Of a stretch of DNA of 61,355 nt, positions 19,832 through 28,455 are shown piece by piece. The translations under genes and the position numbers were made by a program. Each line of letters begins with the position of its first letter. Position 1 is the stretch's first letter. The stretch is from Chlorobiota bacterium (lineage in GTDB: Bacteria > Bacteroidota > Ignavibacteria > Kapaibacteriales > UBA2268). Below the pieces are notes generated by a model that searched no databases, had not been told where the DNA came from, and saw nothing but the letters and a program-made list of their open reading frames with translations. The stretch is taken from assembly GCA_039810525.1 (NCBI GenBank), contig JBDHXE010000001.1, positions 1 to 61,355 on the forward strand. The letters are read 5' to 3'.

Positions 19832-20719
19832 TTAATTTTTCCATTTTGCCTCGAAAATATCTCTAATAGTCGCTTCTATATTATATTTTGGCGACCAATT
19901 AGTATCATTATAGAAGAGTGTAGAGTCTAATTCTGCAATTATTTTAGTTCTCGAAGGTTCTCTCTGTATATTCACATCAATACCATAATCAATACCAACT
20001 TTCTTTATAGTTTCTGCTATTTCTTCTAAAGTATAACTTTTTATGTATCCTAAATTATAAATATTTTTCCATTTTTTAGCAGGAATATTAAGTAATGCAA
20101 TAATTCCAGCAGTAGCATCTCGAGTATCAATTTGTGACAAAAGTACTATGGAAGAAATAATTTTAATCTCTTTTTTATCAATAGCTTGGTTAATCAATTT
20201 AGTTACAGATCTATAATCTGCCCCATTTCCAACAAGACCAGCTAATCTCATACTTGTAAAACTACTCTCAGAATTATAAAATTTATTATAAAGATATAAT
20301 TCTGAAAAATATTTAGCTAAACCATAATTAGTATTTGGATGGACATCATCAGTTTCTGTCCAAATACATGGCGAATTACCATAAACTTCTTGACTTGAAA
20401 TATTAATTATAGAAATATACTTTAATTTAGATAAATCATTAAATAATTCTGTTGTAAATAACATACTTTTCGCAATTTCTTTTGCACCCTTTTCAGCTCG
20501 TGCAAAAGCACAATGGATAACTATATCAATCTTTTTAAATGGTACTTTATTATCATAAAATTCTTCTAATGAAAAAATCTTAAATTTATTTTCAAATTTA
20601 TCTAAAAGTAATTGCTTTTTACTAGTTATAGCATACAGATTGAAACTATTCTTATTAATCATCTGCGAGATTAACTCAGTTCCTAATAATCCATTAGCTC
20701 CTGTAATTAAGATATTCAT
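19832..20719 (-). CDS. NAD-dependent epimerase/dehydratase family (extended SDR)
   Basis: Rossmann motif ILITGANGLLG, the YGLAKYFSE (YxxxK) catalytic motif, and a 4-nt overlap with the upstream gene. Confidence 0.75.
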   Translation of the reverse strand: MNILITGANGLLGTELISQMINKNSFNLYAITSKKQLLLDKFENKFKIFSLEEFYDNKVPFKKIDIVIHCAFARAEKGAKEIAKSMLFTTELFNDLSKLKYISIINISSQEVYGNSPCIWTETDDVHPNTNYGLAKYFSELYLYNKFYNSESSFTSMRLAGLVGNGADYRSVTKLINQAIDKKEIKIISSIVLLSQIDTRDATAGIIALLNIPAKKWKNIYNLGYIKSYTLEEIAETIKKVGIDYGIDVNIQREPSRTKIIAELDSTLFYNDTNWSPKYNIEATIRDIFEAKWKN

Positions 20720-21999
20720 ATTACTTCATCAGTATTAAATATCGGCAATAAAATTGAATTATTATTTTCATCAAGTATATCTATTTCATTTACTATATTA
20801 TTGATTAGATTTTTCATCTCATCTTTTGATTTTGAAACACCTAACACTCTTAAAACAACTTGGTTTAATGTTCCAATTGCACTCTGAGGTATTGCATATC
20901 CTATTGGATAACTTTTTATAACTTTAATAACACCATCAAAAGATTCTATTTTATCTAAACCAATGTATTTATTTATTATGCCCGACTTTCCTGAAATACT
21001 AATTATAAATGCATAATTACCATTTAAAAACGGATCTACTTTATTTTGTATATTATTATCATCCATTATACCCGTTAGAGCAAAATTGGTCATCATTTTT
21101 AGTGGATTATAATTACATAATGTTTCAAGAATATGATATTCTTGTGTACCTGTTAATCTAAAACCCATATCATAAAAAAGAAACTGTTCAGAATTTGCAA
21201 AAGACTGAATGAATACCATTCCATTTTTTAACTCAAATGATTGTAACGTATTAATAACTTTATCATTTAATTCATTAATATACTTATTTAGATGAATAGA
21301 AGGAAAAGTATATAGTGTCGGTAATGGTATAGTATTTTCTAAATTATTAACATTTTTAAGATAACGATCTGCCATTGCAGATAACATTATTTTACCATCT
21401 TGGATTATATAAAAAATTGTAACTTCTATTGATTGTATATATTGTTCGATTAAAATTTCATTTTTAGGTGAATTGGCAATAGCTTTATCGTAACCCATTT
21501 TCAATTCGTTCTTGTTATTACAAATTGAAATACCTCTCCCAGCACTTGAATCACTTGGTTTAATGAGTATTGGGTATTGTACATTATTTGCAAATATTTC
21601 TAATTCATTACTTTCTAATTTATATTCAGGAACAACGGGTACATCAAATTGTTTAAAAATTTCCTTATATATACTCTTAGTTGATGTTTTGTAAAGCTGC
21701 TCCTTAGTAGCATAAAATGGAAGATTTAATTTATTACATATTTCACATGTCATATTAATATTAAAATCATGAATTCCAGTAAAGACAGCTTTTACATTAT
21801 ATAATTTAGCTTTTTCACAGATTAAATCAACTTCAGCAGTTGATATATCCCACTTTTCATCAGCTATTTGCTTTGCTATTGAAATATCTTCAGATAAATT
21901 ATCCGTTACTATTACATAATATCCTTTATTTTGCAAATAATTAACAATATCAATTGTACCTAATGGTTTACCACCTAATATTAAAACCTTTTCTCTCAT
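20716..21999 (-). CDS. ATP-grasp domain enzyme
   Basis: 427 aa. KVLILGG...YPILIKPSDSSAGRGISIC...EILIEQYI fit an ATP-grasp (carboxylate-amine ligase) layout. Confidence 0.65.
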   Translation of the reverse strand: MREKVLILGGKPLGTIDIVNYLQNKGYYVIVTDNLSEDISIAKQIADEKWDISTAEVDLICEKAKLYNVKAVFTGIHDFNINMTCEICNKLNLPFYATKEQLYKTSTKSIYKEIFKQFDVPVVPEYKLESNELEIFANNVQYPILIKPSDSSAGRGISICNNKNELKMGYDKAIANSPKNEILIEQYIQSIEVTIFYIIQDGKIMLSAMADRYLKNVNNLENTIPLPTLYTFPSIHLNKYINELNDKVINTLQSFELKNGMVFIQSFANSEQFLFYDMGFRLTGTQEYHILETLCNYNPLKMMTNFALTGIMDDNNIQNKVDPFLNGNYAFIISISGKSGIINKYIGLDKIESFDGVIKVIKSYPIGYAIPQSAIGTLNQVVLRVLGVSKSKDEMKNLINNIVNEIDILDENNNSILLPIFNTDEVI

Positions 22000-22688
22000 A
22001 CTAATTCATGCATAGACAGCATTTGCCTAACCGTTTCTTTTGAATTAAACATCAGTACATCTATAATAGACAGCCAAGATATAAATTCATTATTAAACTG
22101 CTTATATTTTATTTCTTGAGATTTAATAAAATTAAGTTCTATACCCTCATTTGCAAATATTTCTTTATTATATAGTTCTTGCCCGCCGTTAGCATTTATA
22201 TAATGAGTAGCACCGAGTTCTTTGCAAATAGCGATAATTCTTTCTTGATTTTTGTAATTTTTTGTATAATTTAACTTTTCAGAAGAAACTATTATTTCTG
22301 TATCAATATTTAAATATGCTAAAACTTCAACTATACTCTTATGAGCTAATTCAGAAATCAAATTACATTCATAAGTTAGTACTTTTTCGATAATTGAATA
22401 AACATCTTTAAAATAAGGTGCTTTGATATAAGTCTGTTGAATAGTTTTTATCAACTTGTTTCTATTACCTGTAAAATTAACATTATTAATAAGCTTAAAT
22501 GAACTAGCATCCTTTAAATGAACTGTAAGATAGTTATCTTTACCATTAATTAATATTCTATTCCTATTAATCCAACCATTTTTTATAAAATTCACATCAT
22601 CATAAATAACAAATTTATCAACAGCATTTATTAACTGAAAATACCCAATATATGGGAAAAAATACGGTTGCATTATTGCGATTTTCAT
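21996..22688 (-). CDS. WbqC-like family protein
   Basis: MKIAIMQPYFFPYIGYFQLINAVDKFVIYDDVNF..GWINRNRI matches my recollection of the WbqC family N-terminus. Confidence 0.65.
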   Translation of the reverse strand: MKIAIMQPYFFPYIGYFQLINAVDKFVIYDDVNFIKNGWINRNRILINGKDNYLTVHLKDASSFKLINNVNFTGNRNKLIKTIQQTYIKAPYFKDVYSIIEKVLTYECNLISELAHKSIVEVLAYLNIDTEIIVSSEKLNYTKNYKNQERIIAICKELGATHYINANGGQELYNKEIFANEGIELNFIKSQEIKYKQFNNEFISWLSIIDVLMFNSKETVRQMLSMHELV

Positions 22689-22712
22689 AGAAATTTATAT
22701 ATTTACCAGAAG

Positions 22713-23324
22713 TTAAAAATTTGTTACAATATCAATTAATTTTTTCTTTATTTCTGAATCTTCATAAATTATACCAATATATTCAATCTTTTCAGAATAA
22801 TCAATACCCTCAAAATATGCTAATTGAGCTCTAAATAGTTTCTCTGAAAATAAATTGCCATAAATTTCATTTGCACGCAAAGTAATATCTTTAACTGTAA
22901 AAAATTTTTCTAATAAAATACATAAATCTACATAATCTTTCCATTTAGCTCTTCTGCCAAGCACATAAACTTTCATCGCTGAGAAGTCAAGTAACTGCGG
23001 CATTTGTATAATATTTTCAAATTTAATAGATTTATCTATTTCAAATGGATAATTAAAGAAAGTAATTTTTACATTATTAACAATCATATCCAAATGCCCA
23101 GAAACATTACGAATAACATTGAAATGAAATTTATATTTCTTAATTTTATCTATTATCTTGTTGGAATTAATTTCACATGATCTAAATAAATCAAAATTAA
23201 TCGAACGACGATGACCAATTTGCAATGCAATGGCAGTGCCTCCAACCAAATAAAATGTTCTTTTGAATTCTTTTATCAAAGGTAAAATCTCAATTTGATC
23301 ATTATTTAAGATATTTTTATGCAT
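22713..23324 (-). CDS. nucleotidyltransferase, AbiEii/AbiGii toxin-like family
   Basis: FYLVGGTAIALQIGHRRSINFDLF and a later RRAKWKDYVDLCILL match the short AbiEii-like NTase pattern. Confidence 0.6.
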   Translation of the reverse strand: MHKNILNNDQIEILPLIKEFKRTFYLVGGTAIALQIGHRRSINFDLFRSCEINSNKIIDKIKKYKFHFNVIRNVSGHLDMIVNNVKITFFNYPFEIDKSIKFENIIQMPQLLDFSAMKVYVLGRRAKWKDYVDLCILLEKFFTVKDITLRANEIYGNLFSEKLFRAQLAYFEGIDYSEKIEYIGIIYEDSEIKKKLIDIVTNF

Positions 23325-23592
23325 TTTTTGTAAAATACTCCATAAATAAATTATATATCTCGGGGAATATATTTTTCTTTCTTCTATCAGATAAATTATT
23401 AAAAATCATTTTCGCTTGATTAATACCTACAATATCTAAATATTCTTTAATTGTTGGCATTTCTGAATAATTTAAGATATACTCCAAAAGCAATTCATCA
23501 CTTACATTTATTTTACTATCTTCTGGAATAGACCAAAAAAGATATGAATTCTTTAAAATAAAATTTTTTAACTTTTTGCTTCTTTCCTGCAT
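23317..23592 (-). CDS. small partner protein of the NTase (putative antitoxin-like, uncharacterised family)
   Basis: 91 aa, with an 8-nt overlap onto the NTase gene. LFWSIPEDSKI...LLEYILNY...NIFPEIYNLF resembles the small proteins usually paired with this NTase class in Bacteroidota (from memory). Confidence 0.45.
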   Translation of the reverse strand: MQERSKKLKNFILKNSYLFWSIPEDSKINVSDELLLEYILNYSEMPTIKEYLDIVGINQAKMIFNNLSDRRKKNIFPEIYNLFMEYFTKNA

Positions 23593-23683
23593 ATTTTTAG
23601 TTATATTTTTGCACTATATCTTAGTAATTTAATCGTTTATGCAAAATATATATTGATAAATTATATTAGTTTCTTTACTATAT

Positions 23684-23992
23684 TTAATTATTTATTTTCC
23701 AATAACCACCTTTGGCTGGACCAATTCGTTCTAAAATTCCAAGAGATTTTAATTTCACTATATTTTCTTTGATTTTTCTTTGTGAAATACCTACTATGTT
23801 AGCTAATTCCCTTGTACTAATCCTATTATTTTTGCTAATCTCTAACATTATTAGCGATTGATTATCGGTGACCTTATCGGTGACCTTATCGGTGACCTTA
23901 TCGGAATATGTTTCTGGGACATTTTCATTTAAATGATTAGTATGTATAATTATCCAAAATGCATCTGTAAAATTAAAACTAATCTTATTAGA
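23684..23992 (-). pseudogene. C-terminal remnant of an AlbA_2/HATPase_c_4-type wHTH 'ATP-binding / transcriptional regulator' gene
   Basis: Open frame with no start at its 5' end: ...FNFTDAFWIIIHTNHLNENVPETYSDKVTDKVTDKVTDNQSLIMLEISKNNRISTRELANIVGISQRKIKENIVKLKSLGILERIGPAKGGYWKINN. The first ATG comes only at 23846-23848. Confidence 0.55.
23864..23904 (-). repeat. 12-bp tandem repeat (atcggtgacctt x3 plus a partial unit) encoding (DKVT)3
   Basis: Read directly. The repeat is in frame within the remnant above. Confidence 0.85.
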
Positions 23993-24293
23993 CTACAAAA
24001 TATCCACCTGTTTTACGGCTACCCCTACGCTCTATCAATTTTAGTTTAATTAATTCAGCAATCTGCCTTTCTATTGTTTTAATAGATCTATCGCTTAAAA
24101 TAGCTGCCAATTCTTTCGCTTTAATACCCTCATTTTGTTTAATCTCACTTAACACTGAATTTAATCCCTCATTTAATCCCTTATTTAATCCCTCATTTAA
24201 TCCTAAGCTATAACTTAATTCAGCAATTATCCCATTAGGAGCACTTTTTAATTCAAAATTAATTGGATGCCACAATTTGTGATTTCTATTCAT
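23988..24293 (-). pseudogene. second C-terminal remnant of the same wHTH gene class
   Basis: ...GLNEGLNKGLNEGLNSVLSEIKQNEGIKAKELAAILSDRSIKTIERQIAELIKLKLIERRGSRKTGGYFVV, a linker repeat plus wHTH tail parallel to the remnant at 23684-23992. The N-terminal 20 aa overlap an ORF6N remnant. Confidence 0.5.
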
Positions 24294-24491
24294 TGAGTTC
24301 TTTTTCTGTTATCTAAAGCATAAAATCTAAAGAAAATCTTTTTATATTTCTCTTAACAGCTTGATTTAGCACTCTTGTTTGTACACCATAAATTCTTATA
24401 GATACCTATCAAACATAACTTGCAAGCCACGTAAAGTATATATTTTACTACTAATATCTATCGTATCATATATAACAATTTCCTTATTCAC
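24259..24491 (-). pseudogene. degraded ORF6N-domain gene (frameshift plus internal stops)
   Basis: Hand translation: (GTG)NKEIVIYDTIDISSKIYTLRGLQVMFDRYL, then a frame change, then IRIYGVQTRVLNQAVKRNIKRFSLDFML*ITEKELNE*KSQIVASN. This matches the ORF6N consensus (IRGQ.VMLD.DLA.LYGVET..LNQAVKRN..RFP.DFMFQLT). Confidence 0.5.
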
Positions 24492-24495
24492 TTAT

Positions 24496-25605
24496 CTACT
24501 TTCGTATTAACTCCACTACTCTATCTACTGTTTCTATCTCCAAATCAGGGTAAATTGGTAAGCAGAGTACTTGCTCAGTTATTTTTGTTGCAATTGGCAA
24601 ATTTTCAGGGTTTGCTGAATCTAACCCTCTATATGTTGGGAATTGGCTAATTAATGGGTAAAAATATCTTCGTGCATAGATATTATTTACTTTTAATTTA
24701 TTATAAACAGCATCTCTTGATTGTCCATAGATTTGCTCATCTATTAATATAGGGAAATATGCATAATTATGTTTAATGCCGTCTATATCTTTTAAATAAT
24801 GAATTCCTTCAATATTGCTCAAATTTTCTCTATAATAGTTTGCTATCTTTTTTCTTTTTTCAATGGCTTTATCAACGTATTTCAATTGTAATAATCCAAA
24901 AGCTGCTTGTACTTCATTCATTTTAGCATTTATTCCGGGTGCTATTACAGTTGTCTCACCAGCAAAACCAAAGTTCTTTAAATTATCTATTCTTTTTTTC
25001 ATTTTTTCATCTTTACATATAATAGCGCCACCTTCAAAAGTATTATATACTTTAGTGGCATGAAAACTTAATATAGATAAATCACCGTAATTACATACTG
25101 AATTGCCATTTATTTCAACACCAAATGTATGACAAGCATCATAAATTAAATGTAAACCATAAGTATCTGCTATTTCCTTAATTCTATCTACATTACAAGG
25201 GTTTCCATAAACATGAACGGGCAATATAGCAGTAGTTTTTGGGGTAATTAATGCTTCAATTCGTTCAGGATTAATAGTAAAAGTATCAGGTTCTATATCG
25301 CAAAAAACGGGTTTAATACCATTCCACCATAGTGAATGTGTAGATGCTACGAAACTAAATGGAGTTGTAATTACCTCGCCAGTTATCCTAAGTGCTTGTA
25401 ATGCGGTAATTAAAGCTAATGTACCATTAGAAAACAGTGAAATATATGGCACCCCAAGGTATTCGCATAATTTATGTTCTAATTCTTGATGATACTTCCC
25501 ATTATTAGTAAGAATTTTACTCTCCCAAATATCTTCAAGATAAGGTATAAACTCCTCTAAGGGGGGCATAAATGGTTCTGTAACAAATGTTGTTTTTTGT
25601 TGCAT
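24496..25605 (-). CDS. DegT/DnrJ/EryC1/StrS-family PLP-dependent sugar aminotransferase
   Basis: 369 aa with NGTLALITALQAL, the catalytic lysine context SFHATKVYNTFEGGAI, and typical length. Confidence 0.85.
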   Translation of the reverse strand: MQQKTTFVTEPFMPPLEEFIPYLEDIWESKILTNNGKYHQELEHKLCEYLGVPYISLFSNGTLALITALQALRITGEVITTPFSFVASTHSLWWNGIKPVFCDIEPDTFTINPERIEALITPKTTAILPVHVYGNPCNVDRIKEIADTYGLHLIYDACHTFGVEINGNSVCNYGDLSILSFHATKVYNTFEGGAIICKDEKMKKRIDNLKNFGFAGETTVIAPGINAKMNEVQAAFGLLQLKYVDKAIEKRKKIANYYRENLSNIEGIHYLKDIDGIKHNYAYFPILIDEQIYGQSRDAVYNKLKVNNIYARRYFYPLISQFPTYRGLDSANPENLPIATKITEQVLCLPIYPDLEIETVDRVVELIRK

Positions 25606-25607
25606 TG

Positions 25608-26594
25608 TTATTTACTTTTTTTAAATATACTTTTTAATTTGCCTATAATTGGCCCGTAAACGAATTCAAGTTTGATGCCTCTATACGAGAGTAGAAACAT
25701 ATTTGAGTTAAAAATAGCTTGGAAATTGATATTGGAATTACCTATTAATTGTTCAATTCTATCCTTTAAAGGCTTGATTGCTATTTCTACTCGACGATAA
25801 TCCTTTTTCTTTAATAAATAATTAACAATATCTAACCTAATTTGCAATACTGCATATCTTTTAGAAGTAGCATCTCTTGCGGTCCATTGACCGCCTGAAT
25901 GATGAACATAAATAGTTGGTTCAATGTCTTTTAAAAACTTACCACTTCCATAAGTTCCAAGCATAGCGATAAGTTTAGCATGTCCAATAAAATCAAATAA
26001 ATCATCATCCTTAGAATTTAGAAAAATATTTTTTATAGGCATAGCGTCATAAATTATATGTCCGACAGGTGTACCTAATAGTTCATCTCCTATATAATCT
26101 TTTGGAGATTCAGGGTATAATTTTTCACTTATTATCCCTTTAATTTTAGTTCTATAGGAATGATAAGAAATATATACATCTTTATTTAATTCCATAAAGT
26201 CGAATTACTTTTGTAATTTCAATGGGTCAGTCCAATAGTCATCGCCATCCATTAAAGCAACATAATCACCTCTACAAGCCATAATACTGCGAACCCTATT
26301 TGCTTTTTGTTTTACATTATAATCTGCTGTAATTACTCTTATTAAATTAGGATATTTTTTAGCATACTCAAAGACTAATTCTCTTGTACCATCTGTACTA
26401 AAATCTTCTTCAATTATAATTTCCCAAGGGAAATTTACTTTTTGCATTAAGACGCTTTCTATACTATCTTTGAATAGATTAATATGATTATAAGTTACTA
26501 ACTTTACTGATACTCTCGGTTTAGGTACTGCATTAATTACATTATTGGGTATTTCATAGGAATCTGCATTTTTTTTCTTTATCTCATCGTTCAT
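25608..26594 (-). pseudogene. family 2 glycosyltransferase interrupted by one in-frame TAA (26205-26207)
   Basis: ORFs 26205..26594 and 25608..26195 share a frame. The upstream part ends ...DGDDYWTDPLKLQK* and resumes FDFMELNKDVY, whereas the intact paralog at 16964..18025 reads ...EGDDYWTDPLKLQKQVEFLEVNEEY. Confidence 0.7.
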
Positions 26595-26638
26595 ATATTT
26601 AACTTATTATTAAATAATTCATCGAATCAGTTTAGTAC

Positions 26639-28438
26639 CTATAACTCCTGCAACTCAACCATTCGCTTGAATGATTGATTTACATTTAATAAGTTGTTAT
26701 ATGGTTCTATAGCTTCTATTCTGCCTTTATTCATAAAGACTATTCTATCAGCATTTTTTATAGTAGATAATCTATGGGCAACAATAATAATCGTATATCT
26801 ACCTTTTAGCATATCGATATTATTTTGAATATCCTTTTCAGTTTCGCTATCAAGTGCTGAAGTAGCCTCATCCATTATCAATATATCTATATCTTTATAT
26901 AGTTCTCGAGCTATTGATATTCTCTGTTTCTGACCACCGCTAAGATTAATTCCGTTATTTCCTAATAAAGATTCTTCTTTTAATTTTAAACTGTTTATAA
27001 AGTCATTTATAGAGGCTTTTTGTATTGCTATATTAAATCGCTCTATATTTTGGGCGTTTTTTTCTGCCCACATCGTAACATTGTTATATATGGTATCATT
27101 AAAGATAATGGGTTCTTGTGTAATGTATCCGATTCTTTGTTGGAATGATGAAATATTTAAATCTGTAGAAACTAAATCATCAATATAATAATTGCCAGAA
27201 TTTAATGGTAGTAAGCCAGCTAATATATTTACAAGTGTGGTTTTACCACTGCCACTTTCACCAACTAAGGCAATCGTTTCATTTTTATTTATTTCTAAAT
27301 TAATATCATATAAAACAGTGTAATTATCAAAAGCAAAATCTGCATTTACTATCTGCAATTTTTTATTAAATTTAGTGAAATTATAAGTTCCATTTGTTTC
27401 TATTGCACTTTTTAATTCATTTTGGAAATTTTGAACATTACTTAGTGAACCTGAAACTGATAAAAATCTATTCCAAGCGGTTTGAACTGTTGTTAATGAG
27501 TTCAAAGCTCTATAGAAGAATAACAAACTAATTAATATACCGCCCAAAGAGCCTGAAAATAATAATACCTGAATTAATATAACTGCAACTACAATTGCTA
27601 TCAGCATTGGCTCTCGGGCAGATGATAAAATAGCACTTAATACATCTATTTTCTTTCTTGAATTTTCTATTTCATATATGTTCTCTTGCATCTTTTGAGT
27701 AAAATAACTCGATAAACCCGTGGCTTTTAAATATTTAAAATTAGCAATAAATTGAATAATTAAACCCTGATATGAATGAGATGACTTGGTAATTTTTTTA
27801 GATTCAAGTATTGTCAATCTATAAAGGTATTTATATGAATAATTAGAAATATAAGCACCAATCGACACGAGTATTGCAAATTGAAAATCAACAAAAAAGG
27901 CAAAACTCATATAAACCGCTACTAACACACCTTCCTGAAATGCTTGGAAGTAATATACATAGCTATTTACTACATTATTAACTTCACCAGTTAGAGTATT
28001 CTGTATTCTACCAACATCAGATTTGACAAATACCTTGTATTTCATTCGGTTTATTAGGCTTATCATTTCTAATCTTAGCTTTCTAATGAAAGACTGTTGG
28101 AGTACAACTTTATATACTAATGAATAATAAGTAATCGCACCTTTTGCTATAAAGAAAAATAGCATCATTAGTAATATTGAATATAGATTAATAGGAATAC
28201 CTATATCTTGCACATTGGTGATGAGAAAACCTAAACCACTCATTGATGATGGATCTATTGCTGTATCACCACTAACCATCTGTAATAATGGTAAGAACAT
28301 AGTTAACCCAAATCCATCAAGAATACCAACTAAGATACTTAAACCTACTACTATGAATATTTTATATTTAAGATATTTATAAAAATATAGCGAGTTGGTA
28401 AAATTTTTCTTAATTATATCGGTAAGCTTTTGTTTCAT
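26639..28438 (-). CDS. ABC exporter, fused permease/ATPase (MsbA/PglK-like)
   Basis: Six-TM N-terminal half, Walker A GESGSGKTT, signature LSGGQKQR and Walker B ILIMDEATS. Confidence 0.85.
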   Translation of the reverse strand: MKQKLTDIIKKNFTNSLYFYKYLKYKIFIVVGLSILVGILDGFGLTMFLPLLQMVSGDTAIDPSSMSGLGFLITNVQDIGIPINLYSILLMMLFFFIAKGAITYYSLVYKVVLQQSFIRKLRLEMISLINRMKYKVFVKSDVGRIQNTLTGEVNNVVNSYVYYFQAFQEGVLVAVYMSFAFFVDFQFAILVSIGAYISNYSYKYLYRLTILESKKITKSSHSYQGLIIQFIANFKYLKATGLSSYFTQKMQENIYEIENSRKKIDVLSAILSSAREPMLIAIVVAVILIQVLLFSGSLGGILISLLFFYRALNSLTTVQTAWNRFLSVSGSLSNVQNFQNELKSAIETNGTYNFTKFNKKLQIVNADFAFDNYTVLYDINLEINKNETIALVGESGSGKTTLVNILAGLLPLNSGNYYIDDLVSTDLNISSFQQRIGYITQEPIIFNDTIYNNVTMWAEKNAQNIERFNIAIQKASINDFINSLKLKEESLLGNNGINLSGGQKQRISIARELYKDIDILIMDEATSALDSETEKDIQNNIDMLKGRYTIIIVAHRLSTIKNADRIVFMNKGRIEAIEPYNNLLNVNQSFKRMVELQEL

Positions 28439-28455
28439 TGTTTAATTAATAAACA

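Noticed and set aside
23864-24203. Short tandem repeats (12-bp units at 23864-23904, 15-bp units at about 24160-24203), considered as a possible CRISPR or other array.
   Set aside because: The units are contiguous with no spacers, far shorter than CRISPR repeats, and read in frame as peptide linkers, (DKVT)3 and (GLNEG/K)n, inside gene remnants.
19722-26207. The two in-frame TAA codons, considered as evidence for TAA reassignment or programmed read-through.
   Set aside because: TAA ends well-conserved genes at their expected C-termini throughout the window (for example lon at 48337 and purB at 54536), so genome-wide reassignment is implausible. Ordinary nonsense mutations or sequencing errors are the simpler explanation. 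Kept only as a check in the findings.
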